Source of the DNA: an uncultured Gammaproteobacteria bacterium
GTDB taxonomy: Bacteria; Patescibacteriota; Microgenomatia; Levybacterales; UBA12049
NCBI GenBank assembly: GCA_964503265.1
Contig: CAZCYO010000001.1
Location: 98,064-162,063 of the forward strand
Reading direction: 5' to 3'
DNA length: 64,000 nucleotides
Shown: positions 28,824 to 39,554 of the stretch, in pieces
Position numbering within the stretch: position 1 is the first letter of the stretch
Layout: every line of letters begins with the position of its first letter
Position numbers and translations under genes: made by a program
The notes under the pieces: model-generated
The model's database searches: none
Told to the model about the DNA's origin: nothing
What the model saw: the letters and a program-made list of their open reading frames with translations, nothing else

Positions 28824-29753
28824 ATGATTAGTATTGTTGTGCCCATATTAAATGAGGATGAAAGTATTGAGCTGTTTTATACAGTTTTATCTAAAGAAGT
28901 CGAGAATTTAAAAACTTCATATGAGATTATTTTTATAGATGATGGTTCATCAGATAATTCTTTAACATTACTCAAGGAATTAGCAAAAAAAGATTCACAC
29001 CTGAAGGTGTTCGCTTTTAGACGTAATCATGGAAAAGCAGAAGCCCTGATGTTAGGATTTCAGAAAGCAAAAGGTCAGAGTATTATTACACTAGATGCCG
29101 ATCTTGAAGATCAGCCATCAGAGATTGGTAAGCTGTTAACAAAGGCAGAAGAAGGATGGGATATCGTAATCGGTTGGAGAAAAGAGCGAAAACATTCACT
29201 GACTAGTAGGGTCTCATCTAAAATCTTCAACTTTTTTACTCGGATATTTTGGGGAATGCGGCTTCATGATTATAATAGCGGTCTTAAATTAATAACGAAT
29301 GAATGTGCTAAAGAATTAAGATTATACGGAGGTATGCATCGATTTATTCCACTTCTGGCATATCAAAATGGATTTTCGGTGACAGAAATTCCGGTAAAGC
29401 ACGAAAAAAGAAAATTTGGTAAATCAAAATATAGCAAATTTAAAATCCTTAAAGATATCCCAGATATGTTGACTATGTTATTCCTTTCGAATTATAGTAA
29501 ACGACCACTTCATTTTTTTGGAATAGTAGGAGGAATTCTCTTACTTCTTGGGACGATTATATTAATTTACTTAAGTATCATTCATTTTCAAGGTCAAGCA
29601 ATTAACAGGCGCCCAATTCTTCTTTTTGGTGCTTTATTTGTTATTAGTGGCTTGCAAGTATTTTTCACTGGATTTATCGCGGAGCTTCTTATTAATATCT
29701 CATCACGAGATCGGATTCATTTCCCTCTCAAATATGCATCAGATGAAGCTTGA
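28824..29753 (+). CDS. GtrB/ArnC-like polyprenyl-phosphate glycosyltransferase (GT2 with two C-terminal TM helices)
   Basis: MISIVVPILNEDESIE...FIDDGSSDNS...TLDADLEDQP, then two TM helices (LHFFGIVGGILLLLGTIILIY, ILLFGALFVISGLQVFFTGFI). This is the ArnC/GtrB/DPM1 architecture. I took the internal ATG as the start; the track ORF begins at 28644. Confidence 0.7.
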   Translation: MISIVVPILNEDESIELFYTVLSKEVENLKTSYEIIFIDDGSSDNSLTLLKELAKKDSHLKVFAFRRNHGKAEALMLGFQKAKGQSIITLDADLEDQPSEIGKLLTKAEEGWDIVIGWRKERKHSLTSRVSSKIFNFFTRIFWGMRLHDYNSGLKLITNECAKELRLYGGMHRFIPLLAYQNGFSVTEIPVKHEKRKFGKSKYSKFKILKDIPDMLTMLFLSNYSKRPLHFFGIVGGILLLLGTIILIYLSIIHFQGQAINRRPILLFGALFVISGLQVFFTGFIAELLINISSRDRIHFPLKYASDEA

Positions 29754-29806
29754 GTAGATCTATATACTTGTTTATCTGCTTTAAATGATAAAAAATAAGA
29801 AGTGAT

Positions 29807-30349
29807 ATGAAAATTGGCATTGATATTTCTCAGTTAGCGTACCCTGGAACAGGTGTGGCAAATTATCTTGAGCATTTTGTTACAGAATTAACATCACAAG
29901 ATACGAAAAATGACTATGTTCTTTTTTTCTCATCACTTCGGCGTTCTCTACCTGTTATATTTGTTCAGTATATTTCCAAAAGACATAATGTTCAACTAAA
30001 AACGTTTCGAATGCCCATATCGTCATTAGATTTACTTTGGAATAAAGTACATAAAGTTTCTATAGAGTTATTCATAGGGGACGTGGATATCTTTATTAGC
30101 TCGGACTGGACAGAACCACCTACTCGACGAGCAAAAAAAATTACCATTCTTTATGATCTTATTGTGTATAAATATCCACAAGAAACGGCACAAGTGATCA
30201 TTGATACGCAAAAACGAAAACTTGCTTGGACAAAAAAAGAAACAAGTATGATTTTATGTATCTCAGAAGCGACGAAACAGGATGCAAAAGAAATTTTAGG
30301 AATTGATGAGAAAAATCTTACAGTTATTTATCCAGGATTAACGTTATGA
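29807..30349 (+). pseudogene. GT4 glycosyltransferase N-terminal-domain-only fragment (possible gene remnant)
   Basis: 180 aa (MKIGIDISQLAYPGTGVANYLEHFVTEL...), homologous to the N-halves of the GT4 proteins at 7692, 30346 and 39555. It stops at the interdomain boundary (VIYPGLTL*) and has no EX7E C-domain. A complete paralog follows immediately. Confidence 0.4.
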
Positions 30350-31473
30350 TACAAATAGGCATTGATGGGAATGAAGCAAATGTACAGGATAGAGTAGGTA
30401 TAGGTGAATATGCTTTTCAACTATTGTCTTATTTTGAAAAAATTTCCCAAAACACAACAGAATATCAATTTTATGTTTATTTAAAACATAAACCTGGCGC
30501 AGATCTTCCGCCTGCTCGGAAAGGTTGGAAATATATAGTTATTAAACCAGAAAGATTATGGACTCAAATTGGATTGCCTTTTTTTCTTTATACACATAAA
30601 AATGATTTAGATGTTTTCTTTTCGCCTACACATTATGCTCCACGATTTTCTCCTATTCCAACAGTAGTTTCAGTTATGGATGTTTCTTATTTACATTTTC
30701 CAGAAACTTTTGCAAAGAAAGATCTCTATCAGCTTGAAACATGGACAAGGTATTCAGTGAAGAATGCTCAGAAGGTGTTTACCATTAGTACTGCTAGTAA
30801 AAATGATATAATGAAATTCTACAATAAGAAAAATAATGATGTGATTGTTACACATCTTGGAATTAAAGCAATTGATACTGATATCACGAAAAAAAGTATG
30901 GAAGAGATTCAGAAAAAATATAATCTTTCAAAGAATTATTTCCTTTTTGTTGGAACGCTTCAGCCTCGAAAAAATATTACCCGACTTATTGAAGCATTTG
31001 CTCTTCTTAAAAATAAGTATTCAGAAATTACGTTAGTAATTGTGGGAAGAAAAGGTTGGAAGTATGATGAAATTATTGAAGCACCCACAAAATATAATGT
31101 AACAGACAGCGTACTTTTTCTTGATTTTGTTCCAGACGAGGATCTTCCTTCTTTGTATGCTAACGCAATAGCATACGTACTTCCTTCGCTTTATGAAGGC
31201 TTTGGTTTACCAGTACTTGAAGCAATGGAATATGATTGTCCAGTCATTACGAGTAATATTAGTAGTCTTCCAGAAGCTGGAGGAGAAGCAGCTTTATATG
31301 TTAACCCAGAAAATGTAATTGATATTTCAGATAAAATGGAGAAGCTATTGAGCGACGAAGAACTTCGAAAGAATCTGATTAAAAAAGGACACGAACAGAT
31401 AAAGAAATTTAGTTGGGAAAAGACTGCTAAGGAAACGCTTGCAGTTTTGGAAGCAGTCGCACAAAATAAGTAA
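30346..31473 (+). CDS. Family 4 (GT-B) glycosyltransferase
   Basis: MIQIGIDGNEANVQDRVGIGEY N-terminus and a C-terminal EGFGLPVLEAMEYDCPVITSNISSLPE block. Confidence 0.8.
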   Translation: MIQIGIDGNEANVQDRVGIGEYAFQLLSYFEKISQNTTEYQFYVYLKHKPGADLPPARKGWKYIVIKPERLWTQIGLPFFLYTHKNDLDVFFSPTHYAPRFSPIPTVVSVMDVSYLHFPETFAKKDLYQLETWTRYSVKNAQKVFTISTASKNDIMKFYNKKNNDVIVTHLGIKAIDTDITKKSMEEIQKKYNLSKNYFLFVGTLQPRKNITRLIEAFALLKNKYSEITLVIVGRKGWKYDEIIEAPTKYNVTDSVLFLDFVPDEDLPSLYANAIAYVLPSLYEGFGLPVLEAMEYDCPVITSNISSLPEAGGEAALYVNPENVIDISDKMEKLLSDEELRKNLIKKGHEQIKKFSWEKTAKETLAVLEAVAQNK

Positions 31474-31474
31474 T

Positions 31475-32080
31475 ATGAAAGATAAATCAGGAAAGTCGTT
31501 ATCATCTGAAGAAATAGTAAGTAAAGGTCTTAATCGAGTAGCAAATATTTTATTAGAATTTGAAGTAATGCTTCTTCACTTTATTGGTTATATTCCATTA
31601 CATCATGTACGTCGTTTTTTTTATCGTTTGGCAGGTATAAAAATTGGTAAGGGAACAACAATTCACGTGGGGACAAGATTTTATGATCCACATAATATAT
31701 TTGTTGGCGAAGACACGATTATTGGTGAGTTCGCAGTACTTGATGGACGAGAAAAATTAACAATTGGAAATCATGTAGATATTGCGAGTGAAGTTATGAT
31801 TTATAATTCAGAACATAATGTAAATGCTGAAGACTTTGCGGGTGTTGATAGTGTAATTACTGCACCTGTGTTAATTGAAGATTATGTATTTATCGGTCCC
31901 CGGGTGATTATTCTGCCTGGTACAACGATTGGTAAAGGTGCAGTTATCGGCGCGGGAGCTGTCGTTACAAAAGATGTTGAGCCTTTTAAAATTATGGGTG
32001 GTATTCCAGCTCGGGAAATTGGCGAACGTAAACTTAAAGAGTTACATTACAGATTAGGTAGGGCACGATGGTTTCGATAA
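31475..32080 (+). CDS. Left-handed beta-helix (hexapeptide-repeat) sugar O-acetyltransferase
   Basis: Hexapeptide repeats (IGNHVDIASEVMI, IGPRVIILPGTTIGKGAVIGAGAVV). I moved the start to the ATG at 31475, just after the upstream stop. Confidence 0.7.
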   Translation: MKDKSGKSLSSEEIVSKGLNRVANILLEFEVMLLHFIGYIPLHHVRRFFYRLAGIKIGKGTTIHVGTRFYDPHNIFVGEDTIIGEFAVLDGREKLTIGNHVDIASEVMIYNSEHNVNAEDFAGVDSVITAPVLIEDYVFIGPRVIILPGTTIGKGAVIGAGAVVTKDVEPFKIMGGIPAREIGERKLKELHYRLGRARWFR

Positions 32081-32916
32081 TTATCCTCTCATATAATACG
32101 AAGGAGTTACTTCGTACCTGTTTACATTCGTTACAAACATGTGTAACTGATACTCCTCACGAAGTAATTGTAGTTGATAACAACTCTTCAGATGAAAGTG
32201 TTCGAATGATGAAAAAAGAATTCCCTTTTGTTCGAGTCATTGAGAGTGATAAAAATTTAGGATTTAGCAAGGGAATTAATCTTGGAGCTAAACATGCAAA
32301 AGGGGAATTATTGTTATTTTTAAATTCAGATTGCCAATTTTTACAGACGAACCTTGCCAACATGGTATCTTTTCTTAACAATCATTCAGATATCGGGATA
32401 GTTGGAGGGAAAATGGTGAATACTGATGGTTCACTTCAGCGATCATATAGTAATTTTTATGGGATAAAAGATATTGCTGTTATGCTTTTTGGAAGAGAAA
32501 AAATAGAACTTCTTATGCAAAAATCAGATTCTGAATGTGAAACAGATTGGGTAAGTGGGGGATTTATGTTAGTGCGAGCAGATGTCTTTAACAGAATAAA
32601 AGGGTTTGATGAAAGAATTTTTATGTACACTGAAGATATGGAATTATGTTTTCGAGTAAAAAAAGCGGGATATAAAATTTACTTTTTTCCTGAAACTAGT
32701 GTTCAGCATGAAGGACAAGGAAGTTCTAATCGATCATTCGCAGTCATTAACATATATAAAGGTCTTAAATATTTCTATAAAAAGCATAAATCTTTCCCAT
32801 CTTATGCTGTAATTCTTTATTTACTCTTGATTAAAGCAGTTGGAGCCATCATAATTGGTATCGTGACAGGAAATAAAAAATTAGTTTCTACATATATGCA
32901 AGCACTTACTTCATAA
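32068..32916 (+). CDS. Family 2 glycosyltransferase (rhamnosyltransferase-like)
   Basis: VSIIILSYNTKELL...VVDNNSSDES...DED. Confidence 0.8.
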   Translation: MVSIIILSYNTKELLRTCLHSLQTCVTDTPHEVIVVDNNSSDESVRMMKKEFPFVRVIESDKNLGFSKGINLGAKHAKGELLLFLNSDCQFLQTNLANMVSFLNNHSDIGIVGGKMVNTDGSLQRSYSNFYGIKDIAVMLFGREKIELLMQKSDSECETDWVSGGFMLVRADVFNRIKGFDERIFMYTEDMELCFRVKKAGYKIYFFPETSVQHEGQGSSNRSFAVINIYKGLKYFYKKHKSFPSYAVILYLLLIKAVGAIIIGIVTGNKKLVSTYMQALTS

Positions 32917-32917
32917 T

Positions 32918-35900
32918 ATGAAAGCAATTCGGTGGTTATCAGATAATATTCTTCTTCTTATAACGCTCTTTTTTCTCGCTTTTATTCCGCTTTACCCGAA
33001 GATACCAGTGGTAGGGGTCACACACACATTTGTATATATTAGAATTGAAGATTTTTTAGTAAGTGTTGCTATTATTTGCTTTCTCATTCAGTTGTTTCGG
33101 AAAAAAGCTTCACTAAAAACACCGTTAACGATTCCAATCATTCTTTTTTGGCTTGTTGGACTAGTAGCGACTATTTATGGAGTAATTTTTATTTTTCCGC
33201 ACTTAGTTGGTGTTTTCCCTAAAATTGCAGCACTATTTTATCTCAGACATATTGAATATATTTCACTTTTTTTCATCGCATTTGCTGCAATGAGAGAGAA
33301 GAAATATATTCCATATGTTATTTGGGTATTGGTCGGAAGTTTATTACTAGTAGTTCTTTATGGAATTGGACAGAGGTTCATTCCTGGATTTTTCCCAGCG
33401 TATTCGACAATGAATGAAGAATTTGCAAAGGGAATTCCACTAACACTTTCAGCACTTGGTCGTATTCAGTCAACATTCGCAGGGCATTATGATTTGGCTG
33501 CATATCTTGTAATGTTCATACCGATAATAGGTAGTTTGATATTTGGCTATAAGAACTGGTGGATTAAAATTGGACTTCTCACAACTGGAATACTAGCTGT
33601 ACTTGTTCTTCTCATGACTCAGTCTCGAACCTCATTTGCAATGTATATCGTTGCTGTGATTTTTATGCTTATTCTTCAAAAGCAAAAAAAATGGATTATT
33701 CCAGTTATTATTATCAGTTTTATAATGCTTAAATCTTTTAGTGGGTTGTACTCTCGTTATGCAGCCACATTTGCACCAGTCAATGTCATAATTGATGCAC
33801 GTACGGGTAAAGCAGTAGGAATTGCAAAAAATACAGGGGATGGATTTGAAGTAGATAATAGACAGTCAAATGGAGAGAATCTTCCTCCTTCTCAATCTCA
33901 ATTTGTAGGAATTGAAAACGGAAATGGACAAAATATTGGGAATGTTACCGTTAATAGTAATGATAAAGGGTCAGCAGTTAAAACGAATCTTGAAGGTGAT
34001 TTTGTCATTAAAAAAGCCCAAGCATTAGATATTTCAATTACTACAAGATTACAAGCAGAGTGGCCAAATGCGATTAATGCATTTAAACGTAATATTTTAC
34101 TGGGTAGTGGGTATTCATCTATTTCTCTTGCTACTGATGGAAATTATTTCAGGATTTTAGGAGAAACGGGTCTTCTTGGCTTTTTTTCCTTTGGTCTGAT
34201 TTTTCTAATATTCGCAATTTATACAAAAAAAGTACTGCCTGATATTGAATCTAAAAGTGTTAAATCTCTTCTCCTTGGAATTAATGCTGGAATATTTGGC
34301 TTGGCATTAAATGCTGTATTAATAGACGTATTTGAAGCCTCAAAAGTTGCCTTTGTTTTATGGGCTTTAATAGGTTCAGCAACAGGAATATTAGCTTTGT
34401 ATCAAAAAGAAAAAATACATTTTTTGACCGAAATAAAAAATGTATTACTTTCTATTCCAAGTATGATTCTGTATCTTGTTATATCTGCTTTTTTTGTCTT
34501 TTCATCAATGTTACACAACTTTTTTGTAGGTGATGACTTTACATGGTTGAGATGGGCAGCTGACTGCAAGCTAAATTATGCTGGGAATTGCGACTCAGCA
34601 AAAACAATTTTTATTAATTATGTCCTTCATGCGCAAGACTTTTTCTATCGACCTGGCGCAAAAATGTATTATTATTATCTTTATAAAATTGGAACGACAG
34701 ATCCACTTATTTATCATTTCTTTTCACTCACATTCCACATTCTTGTGACAACATTATTATTTTTAATTGCGAATAAATTATTTAAGAATCGATTATTTGC
34801 AATCATTAGTGCGGGCACATTTCTGATATTAAGTAGTCATGCTGAATCAATATTCTGGATAGCTTCTGCGGGACATGTAATAACAACGTATTGTATTGTT
34901 GCTGGGCTCTTCAGTTTTATGTTATGGCGTGAAAAGCATAATATACTTTTATTAGTCGTTTCATTAATACATGTTTTTATTGCACCTCTTTTTCAAGAAC
35001 TAGGAATAGTTGCTCCGTTATTAATTATTTTTTATAGTTTTATTTATGATAGTAATTTTTCAATTAAAAAAACAATTTCCAGTTGGTATATTTGGTTATT
35101 AGCTTTGCAAATTCCTGTATATATTATTCTCAGGACGATTGCTGGAAGTATCTGGGGGAGTGGTGACTATGCATATAATGTGATGAAACTCCCATTAAAT
35201 AGTATTGGAAATGCTGTCGGTTATATCTGTCTTAGTATTTTTGGATCCCATTTTCTACCTTTTTATAACACTGTTCGTGATGGTGGTAAATCAAATATCG
35301 TCACTGTATTACTATTGGGTTTATTATTACTTCTCGGGATGATGTTTTTTATTCGTTCTCAGCTATATAATAAAAACTCTCATCAAAAGCATCTGATAAT
35401 ATTTAGTATGGGACTTTTTATTATCCCACTCTTACCATTTTTAGGACTTGGTAATATCGCAACGCGATATGTTTATCTTTCATCAGCTGGTGTGTTATTT
35501 TTTGTCTTAGCCTTTATTCAGCCCTTTATTGATAAGGCGTCTGTTGATTTAAAGAAAAGTTGGTATGGAATACTCACAGTTTTTGTTCTCTTATATGGGG
35601 GATATAATCTATTTGAATTACAAAGAATTAATTCTGATTGGAATCATGCTGGGATAATTACGAGTAATGCTATTAAAGTCGTCAGTAATGAATTTATTGC
35701 AGATGATGAGCTTCCCGCAAATCCTGTTTTTTACTTTGTAAATGTTCCAATACGTTATAATGATGCTTGGGTCTTTCCGGTAGGACTATCAGATTCGATG
35801 TGGCTACCATTTCAAAACGAGAAACTTCGTGTTAGACAATTTTCTTCACTTTCAGAGGCACTACAAAATGTTACTACACCAATAAGTACAAAAGTGTTTG

Positions 35901-35971
35901 TCTTTGATTCAGAAAATAATCTTTCTTCCATTCCTTTGAATGGTACAATGCCTATGCAGTATGCTAAATAA
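32918..35971 (+). CDS. Wzy_C-domain (O-antigen ligase/polymerase, PglL-like) membrane protein fused to an additional polytopic C-terminal domain of about 500 aa
   Basis: 1017 aa. The N-terminal half has TQSRTSF and a large periplasmic loop, followed by NAFKRNILLGSGYSSISLATDGNYFRILGETGLLGF, which is typical of Wzy_C. The C-terminal half adds about 10 more TM helices. Confidence 0.6.
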   Translation: MKAIRWLSDNILLLITLFFLAFIPLYPKIPVVGVTHTFVYIRIEDFLVSVAIICFLIQLFRKKASLKTPLTIPIILFWLVGLVATIYGVIFIFPHLVGVFPKIAALFYLRHIEYISLFFIAFAAMREKKYIPYVIWVLVGSLLLVVLYGIGQRFIPGFFPAYSTMNEEFAKGIPLTLSALGRIQSTFAGHYDLAAYLVMFIPIIGSLIFGYKNWWIKIGLLTTGILAVLVLLMTQSRTSFAMYIVAVIFMLILQKQKKWIIPVIIISFIMLKSFSGLYSRYAATFAPVNVIIDARTGKAVGIAKNTGDGFEVDNRQSNGENLPPSQSQFVGIENGNGQNIGNVTVNSNDKGSAVKTNLEGDFVIKKAQALDISITTRLQAEWPNAINAFKRNILLGSGYSSISLATDGNYFRILGETGLLGFFSFGLIFLIFAIYTKKVLPDIESKSVKSLLLGINAGIFGLALNAVLIDVFEASKVAFVLWALIGSATGILALYQKEKIHFLTEIKNVLLSIPSMILYLVISAFFVFSSMLHNFFVGDDFTWLRWAADCKLNYAGNCDSAKTIFINYVLHAQDFFYRPGAKMYYYYLYKIGTTDPLIYHFFSLTFHILVTTLLFLIANKLFKNRLFAIISAGTFLILSSHAESIFWIASAGHVITTYCIVAGLFSFMLWREKHNILLLVVSLIHVFIAPLFQELGIVAPLLIIFYSFIYDSNFSIKKTISSWYIWLLALQIPVYIILRTIAGSIWGSGDYAYNVMKLPLNSIGNAVGYICLSIFGSHFLPFYNTVRDGGKSNIVTVLLLGLLLLLGMMFFIRSQLYNKNSHQKHLIIFSMGLFIIPLLPFLGLGNIATRYVYLSSAGVLFFVLAFIQPFIDKASVDLKKSWYGILTVFVLLYGGYNLFELQRINSDWNHAGIITSNAIKVVSNEFIADDELPANPVFYFVNVPIRYNDAWVFPVGLSDSMWLPFQNEKLRVRQFSSLSEALQNVTTPISTKVFVFDSENNLSSIPLNGTMPMQYAK

Positions 35972-37445
35972 AGTTATTTCTTCTTATGTTATTTTTTGTA
36001 TTCTTTTTTTGGCTTTTTTAGTTAGGCTTCACGGATTTACTTCTCCAGTAGCAGATTGGCATTCTTGGCGACAGGCTGACACATCGGCAGTATCACGTAA
36101 TTTTGTTAAAACAGGATTTGATATCTTTCATCCACGTTTTGATGATCTTTCTAATATTCCAAGTGGCAAAGATAATCCCAATGGATATAGATTCGTAGAA
36201 TTCCCAATTTTTAACCTCTTTCAAGCTGGTTTATATAGTGTTATTGGAATATTTACTATAGAAGAATGGGGAAGGATAGTAACTATTATTTCTTCGCTAT
36301 TAAGTATTTGGTTTTTATATGCAATGGTTAAGAAATATACCGATATTTATTCTGCATTATTTGTATCGTTTTTCTATGCGATTACTCCTTATGCAATATT
36401 TTATGGTCGAACAATTTTACCAGATCAGATGATGATAATGGCGACTCTTGGAAGTATTTATTTTTTTGATTTATGGATATCAACAAATAAAGACAAAACA
36501 AAAAACACAGTAAATATGATGTTCTTTTTAGTTGCGTTATTATTCATTGCAGCAGCATTACTACTTAAACCATATGCGTTGTTCTTTTCCCTGCCTATGG
36601 TTTATTTGGCTTGGAAAGAATTTGGATTTACTATCTTTAGGCAATGGAAATTATATATTTTTGCATTCTTAGCAGTTCTTCCTCTTATCTTGTGGAGATT
36701 TTGGATGACACAATATCCAGAAGGTATTCCTGCAAATGATTGGTTATTAAATGGCGGAAATATCCGATTTAAAGGCGCGTTCTTCTACTGGGTTTTTGCT
36801 GATAGGATTGGTCGACTTATTCTGGGGTATTGGGGAGTCGTATTACTTGGATTTGGGCTTATTTATAACAGTACACGTAAGTTTGCATCATTTGGGAAAA
36901 GAAGTCATGTTGGATTTTTTTATTCATTTTTACTTGCAAGTATCATGTATGTTTTTGTGATCGCACGGGGAAATGTTCAGCATGATTATTATCAAATTCT
37001 TATTCTCCCTTCTCTTTTTATTTTTGTCGGACTTGGAGCTAAATTTCTTCTTTCAGTTACTGCAGAAATTGCAAGTAAATACATAAGTACAATTATTCTA
37101 ATAATTTGTTCATTATTTATGATAGGTTTTGGATGGTATTTTGTTCGTGATTACTATAATATTAATAATCAAGCAATCGTTGATGCTGGGCGAGCAGTTG
37201 ACTTGTTAACTCCTAAAAACGCTAAAGTAATCGCTCCATATGATGGTGATACAGCCTTTCTTTATCAAACTAACAGGCAAGGTTGGCCTGCATACGAAAA
37301 AGATTTGCAAGGATTAATTGGACTTGGTGCAGATTATCTTGTATTGGTAAATCCAAATCAAAATGATCGAAACTTACGTATTCAATTTGAGGTACTTAGT
37401 GAGTCAAGTAACTATATTTTAGTTGACTTGCATAAAACAAAATGA
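35940..37445 (+). CDS. ArnT/PMT-family (GT83-like) polyprenyl-phosphate-sugar dependent GT-C glycosyltransferase
   Basis: FLVRLHGFTSPVADWHSWRQADTSAVSRNF...FPIFNLFQAG. The first-loop motif and overall topology match ArnT. Confidence 0.7.
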   Translation: MVQCLCSMLNKVISSYVIFCILFLAFLVRLHGFTSPVADWHSWRQADTSAVSRNFVKTGFDIFHPRFDDLSNIPSGKDNPNGYRFVEFPIFNLFQAGLYSVIGIFTIEEWGRIVTIISSLLSIWFLYAMVKKYTDIYSALFVSFFYAITPYAIFYGRTILPDQMMIMATLGSIYFFDLWISTNKDKTKNTVNMMFFLVALLFIAAALLLKPYALFFSLPMVYLAWKEFGFTIFRQWKLYIFAFLAVLPLILWRFWMTQYPEGIPANDWLLNGGNIRFKGAFFYWVFADRIGRLILGYWGVVLLGFGLIYNSTRKFASFGKRSHVGFFYSFLLASIMYVFVIARGNVQHDYYQILILPSLFIFVGLGAKFLLSVTAEIASKYISTIILIICSLFMIGFGWYFVRDYYNINNQAIVDAGRAVDLLTPKNAKVIAPYDGDTAFLYQTNRQGWPAYEKDLQGLIGLGADYLVLVNPNQNDRNLRIQFEVLSESSNYILVDLHKTK

Positions 37446-38629
37446 AGATACTGCTCGTCTCATCATTTCTCCCATATCCTCTTTATTCAGGTGGACATAT
37501 ACGTTTATTTAACCTTATTAAACAGCTTTCTTCAAAACATGAAATTACGCTTATTTGCGAAATCCGTGACTACCAAACAAATAATGACGTAGAAAAGCTT
37601 AAGAAATTATGTAAAAGAGTTATAACCATTAACAGGCGAAAACAATGGTCACTTGAGAACATTATTAAAAGCGTTTTCTCATCAAATGCTTTTCTTATTG
37701 CTGGGCATACTTTACCTAAGATGAAAGAGTATATAGAGAAAATATTGGCAGAAAATGACTACGACTTAATTCATTGTGAAACATCATATGTCTTCCAAAA
37801 TATTCCTGAAACAAATATCCCAATTGTATTGGTTGAGCATAATATTGAATATTCAATTTATGAAAAATTTGCACAACAAAAAGGAAAAATAATGAACGCA
37901 TTATTATCAATTGATGTAAAAAAGCTTAAAAGAATTGAAGAATCTTTCTGGAAAAAAGCATCAGTGACTGTTGCAGTTTCGTCTCAAGAAGAAAAAATCA
38001 TACGTAAGATAGCAAGAAAAACTGCATTAGTCCCAAATGGTGTTGATTTAGATTCGTTTCATTTAAAAACATATAATTTCTCATCAGATAAAAAAACTAT
38101 TCTTTTTATTGGAGATTTTAATTACATCCAAAATCAAGATGCAGCACAGTTTTTACTTTCAGAAATTTATCCACGGATTAAGGAAAGAGATAGTACAAAT
38201 AGTATTTCTCTTTGGATTGTAGGGAGGAAAATACCTGAATCGATTAAAAGAAAGACAGAAGACCCATCGGTTAGATTTGATGAGAACGCAACACAGCCAA
38301 CACATGAAATTTTTTCTGCTGCTACTCTTTTACTTGCACCACTTAGAGTAGGTGGAGGAACACAATATAAAATTCTTGAATCACTCGCTGTAGGGACGCC
38401 TGTAGTGACTACAACACTAGGTAAAGAAGGACTTGGAGTAACGGATAATGAAAATATTTTAATTGCAGATAGTCCATCTGCTTTAGCTTCTATAACAGAA
38501 CGTATACTACATGATGAAAAACTATATAAACATATTTCTACAAGTGGTCATGAACTAGTAGTACAAAACTATAGTTGGGAAAAAATAGCTCGACAGCTTG
38601 AACAAGTATATGAATCCGTAGTAAAGTAA
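37442..38629 (+). CDS. Family 4 (GT-B) glycosyltransferase
   Basis: MKILLVSSFLPYPLYSGGHIRLFNL and GGGTQYKILESLAVGTPVVTT. Confidence 0.8.
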   Translation: MKILLVSSFLPYPLYSGGHIRLFNLIKQLSSKHEITLICEIRDYQTNNDVEKLKKLCKRVITINRRKQWSLENIIKSVFSSNAFLIAGHTLPKMKEYIEKILAENDYDLIHCETSYVFQNIPETNIPIVLVEHNIEYSIYEKFAQQKGKIMNALLSIDVKKLKRIEESFWKKASVTVAVSSQEEKIIRKIARKTALVPNGVDLDSFHLKTYNFSSDKKTILFIGDFNYIQNQDAAQFLLSEIYPRIKERDSTNSISLWIVGRKIPESIKRKTEDPSVRFDENATQPTHEIFSAATLLLAPLRVGGGTQYKILESLAVGTPVVTTTLGKEGLGVTDNENILIADSPSALASITERILHDEKLYKHISTSGHELVVQNYSWEKIARQLEQVYESVVK

Positions 38630-38636
38630 TACTCAC

Positions 38637-39530
38637 ATGATAGATCTTTCAATAATTATTGTTTCCTATAATACTAAAGCGTTTATTCATGATGCTATCG
38701 CGTCGTTACTCGATACAATACATGAATTAACCTATGAAATTATTGTGGTTGATAATGCTTCTAGTGATGGAAGTGTCGAGATGTTACACCAAAAATTCCC
38801 TACGGTAAACGTTTTGGCTAGTAAAGATAATCTCGGATTTGCGAAAGCTAATAATAAAGGTGTCGCCTTATCTAAAGGGAAATATATCCTTTTTCTTAAC
38901 CCCGATACTGTTACTGACCCTCATACGATTAAATATATGTATACCTTTATGGAAGAGCATGAAGATGCAGGTGCATCAACCTGTAAACTGGTTATGCTGC
39001 AGGGACAGATTGACTATGCAAGTCACAGAGGGTTTCCGACACCATGGAATTCTTTTTGTTATTTTTCTGGTTTAACGAAATTTTTCCCAACAGTTAAGTT
39101 ATTTAGTGGGTACACACAAGGATGGAAAGATTTTTCAAAAATACATGAAATTGATGCCCTTGCTGGAGCGTTTATGTTTGTCAGGAGAACTGCAGGTGAA
39201 GAGGTAAAGTGGTGGGACGAAGATTATTTTTTTAATGGTGAAGACTTAGATTTCTGTTTCAAATTGCGCGAAAATAATTGGAAAATTTATTATGTTCCTG
39301 ATGTTTCAATACTTCATTATAACGGCGTATCAGGGGGTACCAAAAAAGATACACAACATATTACAACTGCTACCCTTGCAACCAAACAATTCGTAACAAA
39401 ACATAGATATGAAGCAATGAAGATATTTTATAATAAGCATTACAAAAAGAAGTATCCCCAAATAATAACATGGTTAGTCATGTCAGGAATCGATTACAAA
39501 TTGCGAAATACTTTGGCTAGATTGATTTAG
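38637..39530 (+). CDS. Family 2 glycosyltransferase
   Basis: LSIIIVSYNTKAFI...VVDNASSDGS...NPD. Confidence 0.8.
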   Translation: MIDLSIIIVSYNTKAFIHDAIASLLDTIHELTYEIIVVDNASSDGSVEMLHQKFPTVNVLASKDNLGFAKANNKGVALSKGKYILFLNPDTVTDPHTIKYMYTFMEEHEDAGASTCKLVMLQGQIDYASHRGFPTPWNSFCYFSGLTKFFPTVKLFSGYTQGWKDFSKIHEIDALAGAFMFVRRTAGEEVKWWDEDYFFNGEDLDFCFKLRENNWKIYYVPDVSILHYNGVSGGTKKDTQHITTATLATKQFVTKHRYEAMKIFYNKHYKKKYPQIITWLVMSGIDYKLRNTLARLI

Positions 39531-39554
39531 TTCAAGAGAATACCTATTTAATAT

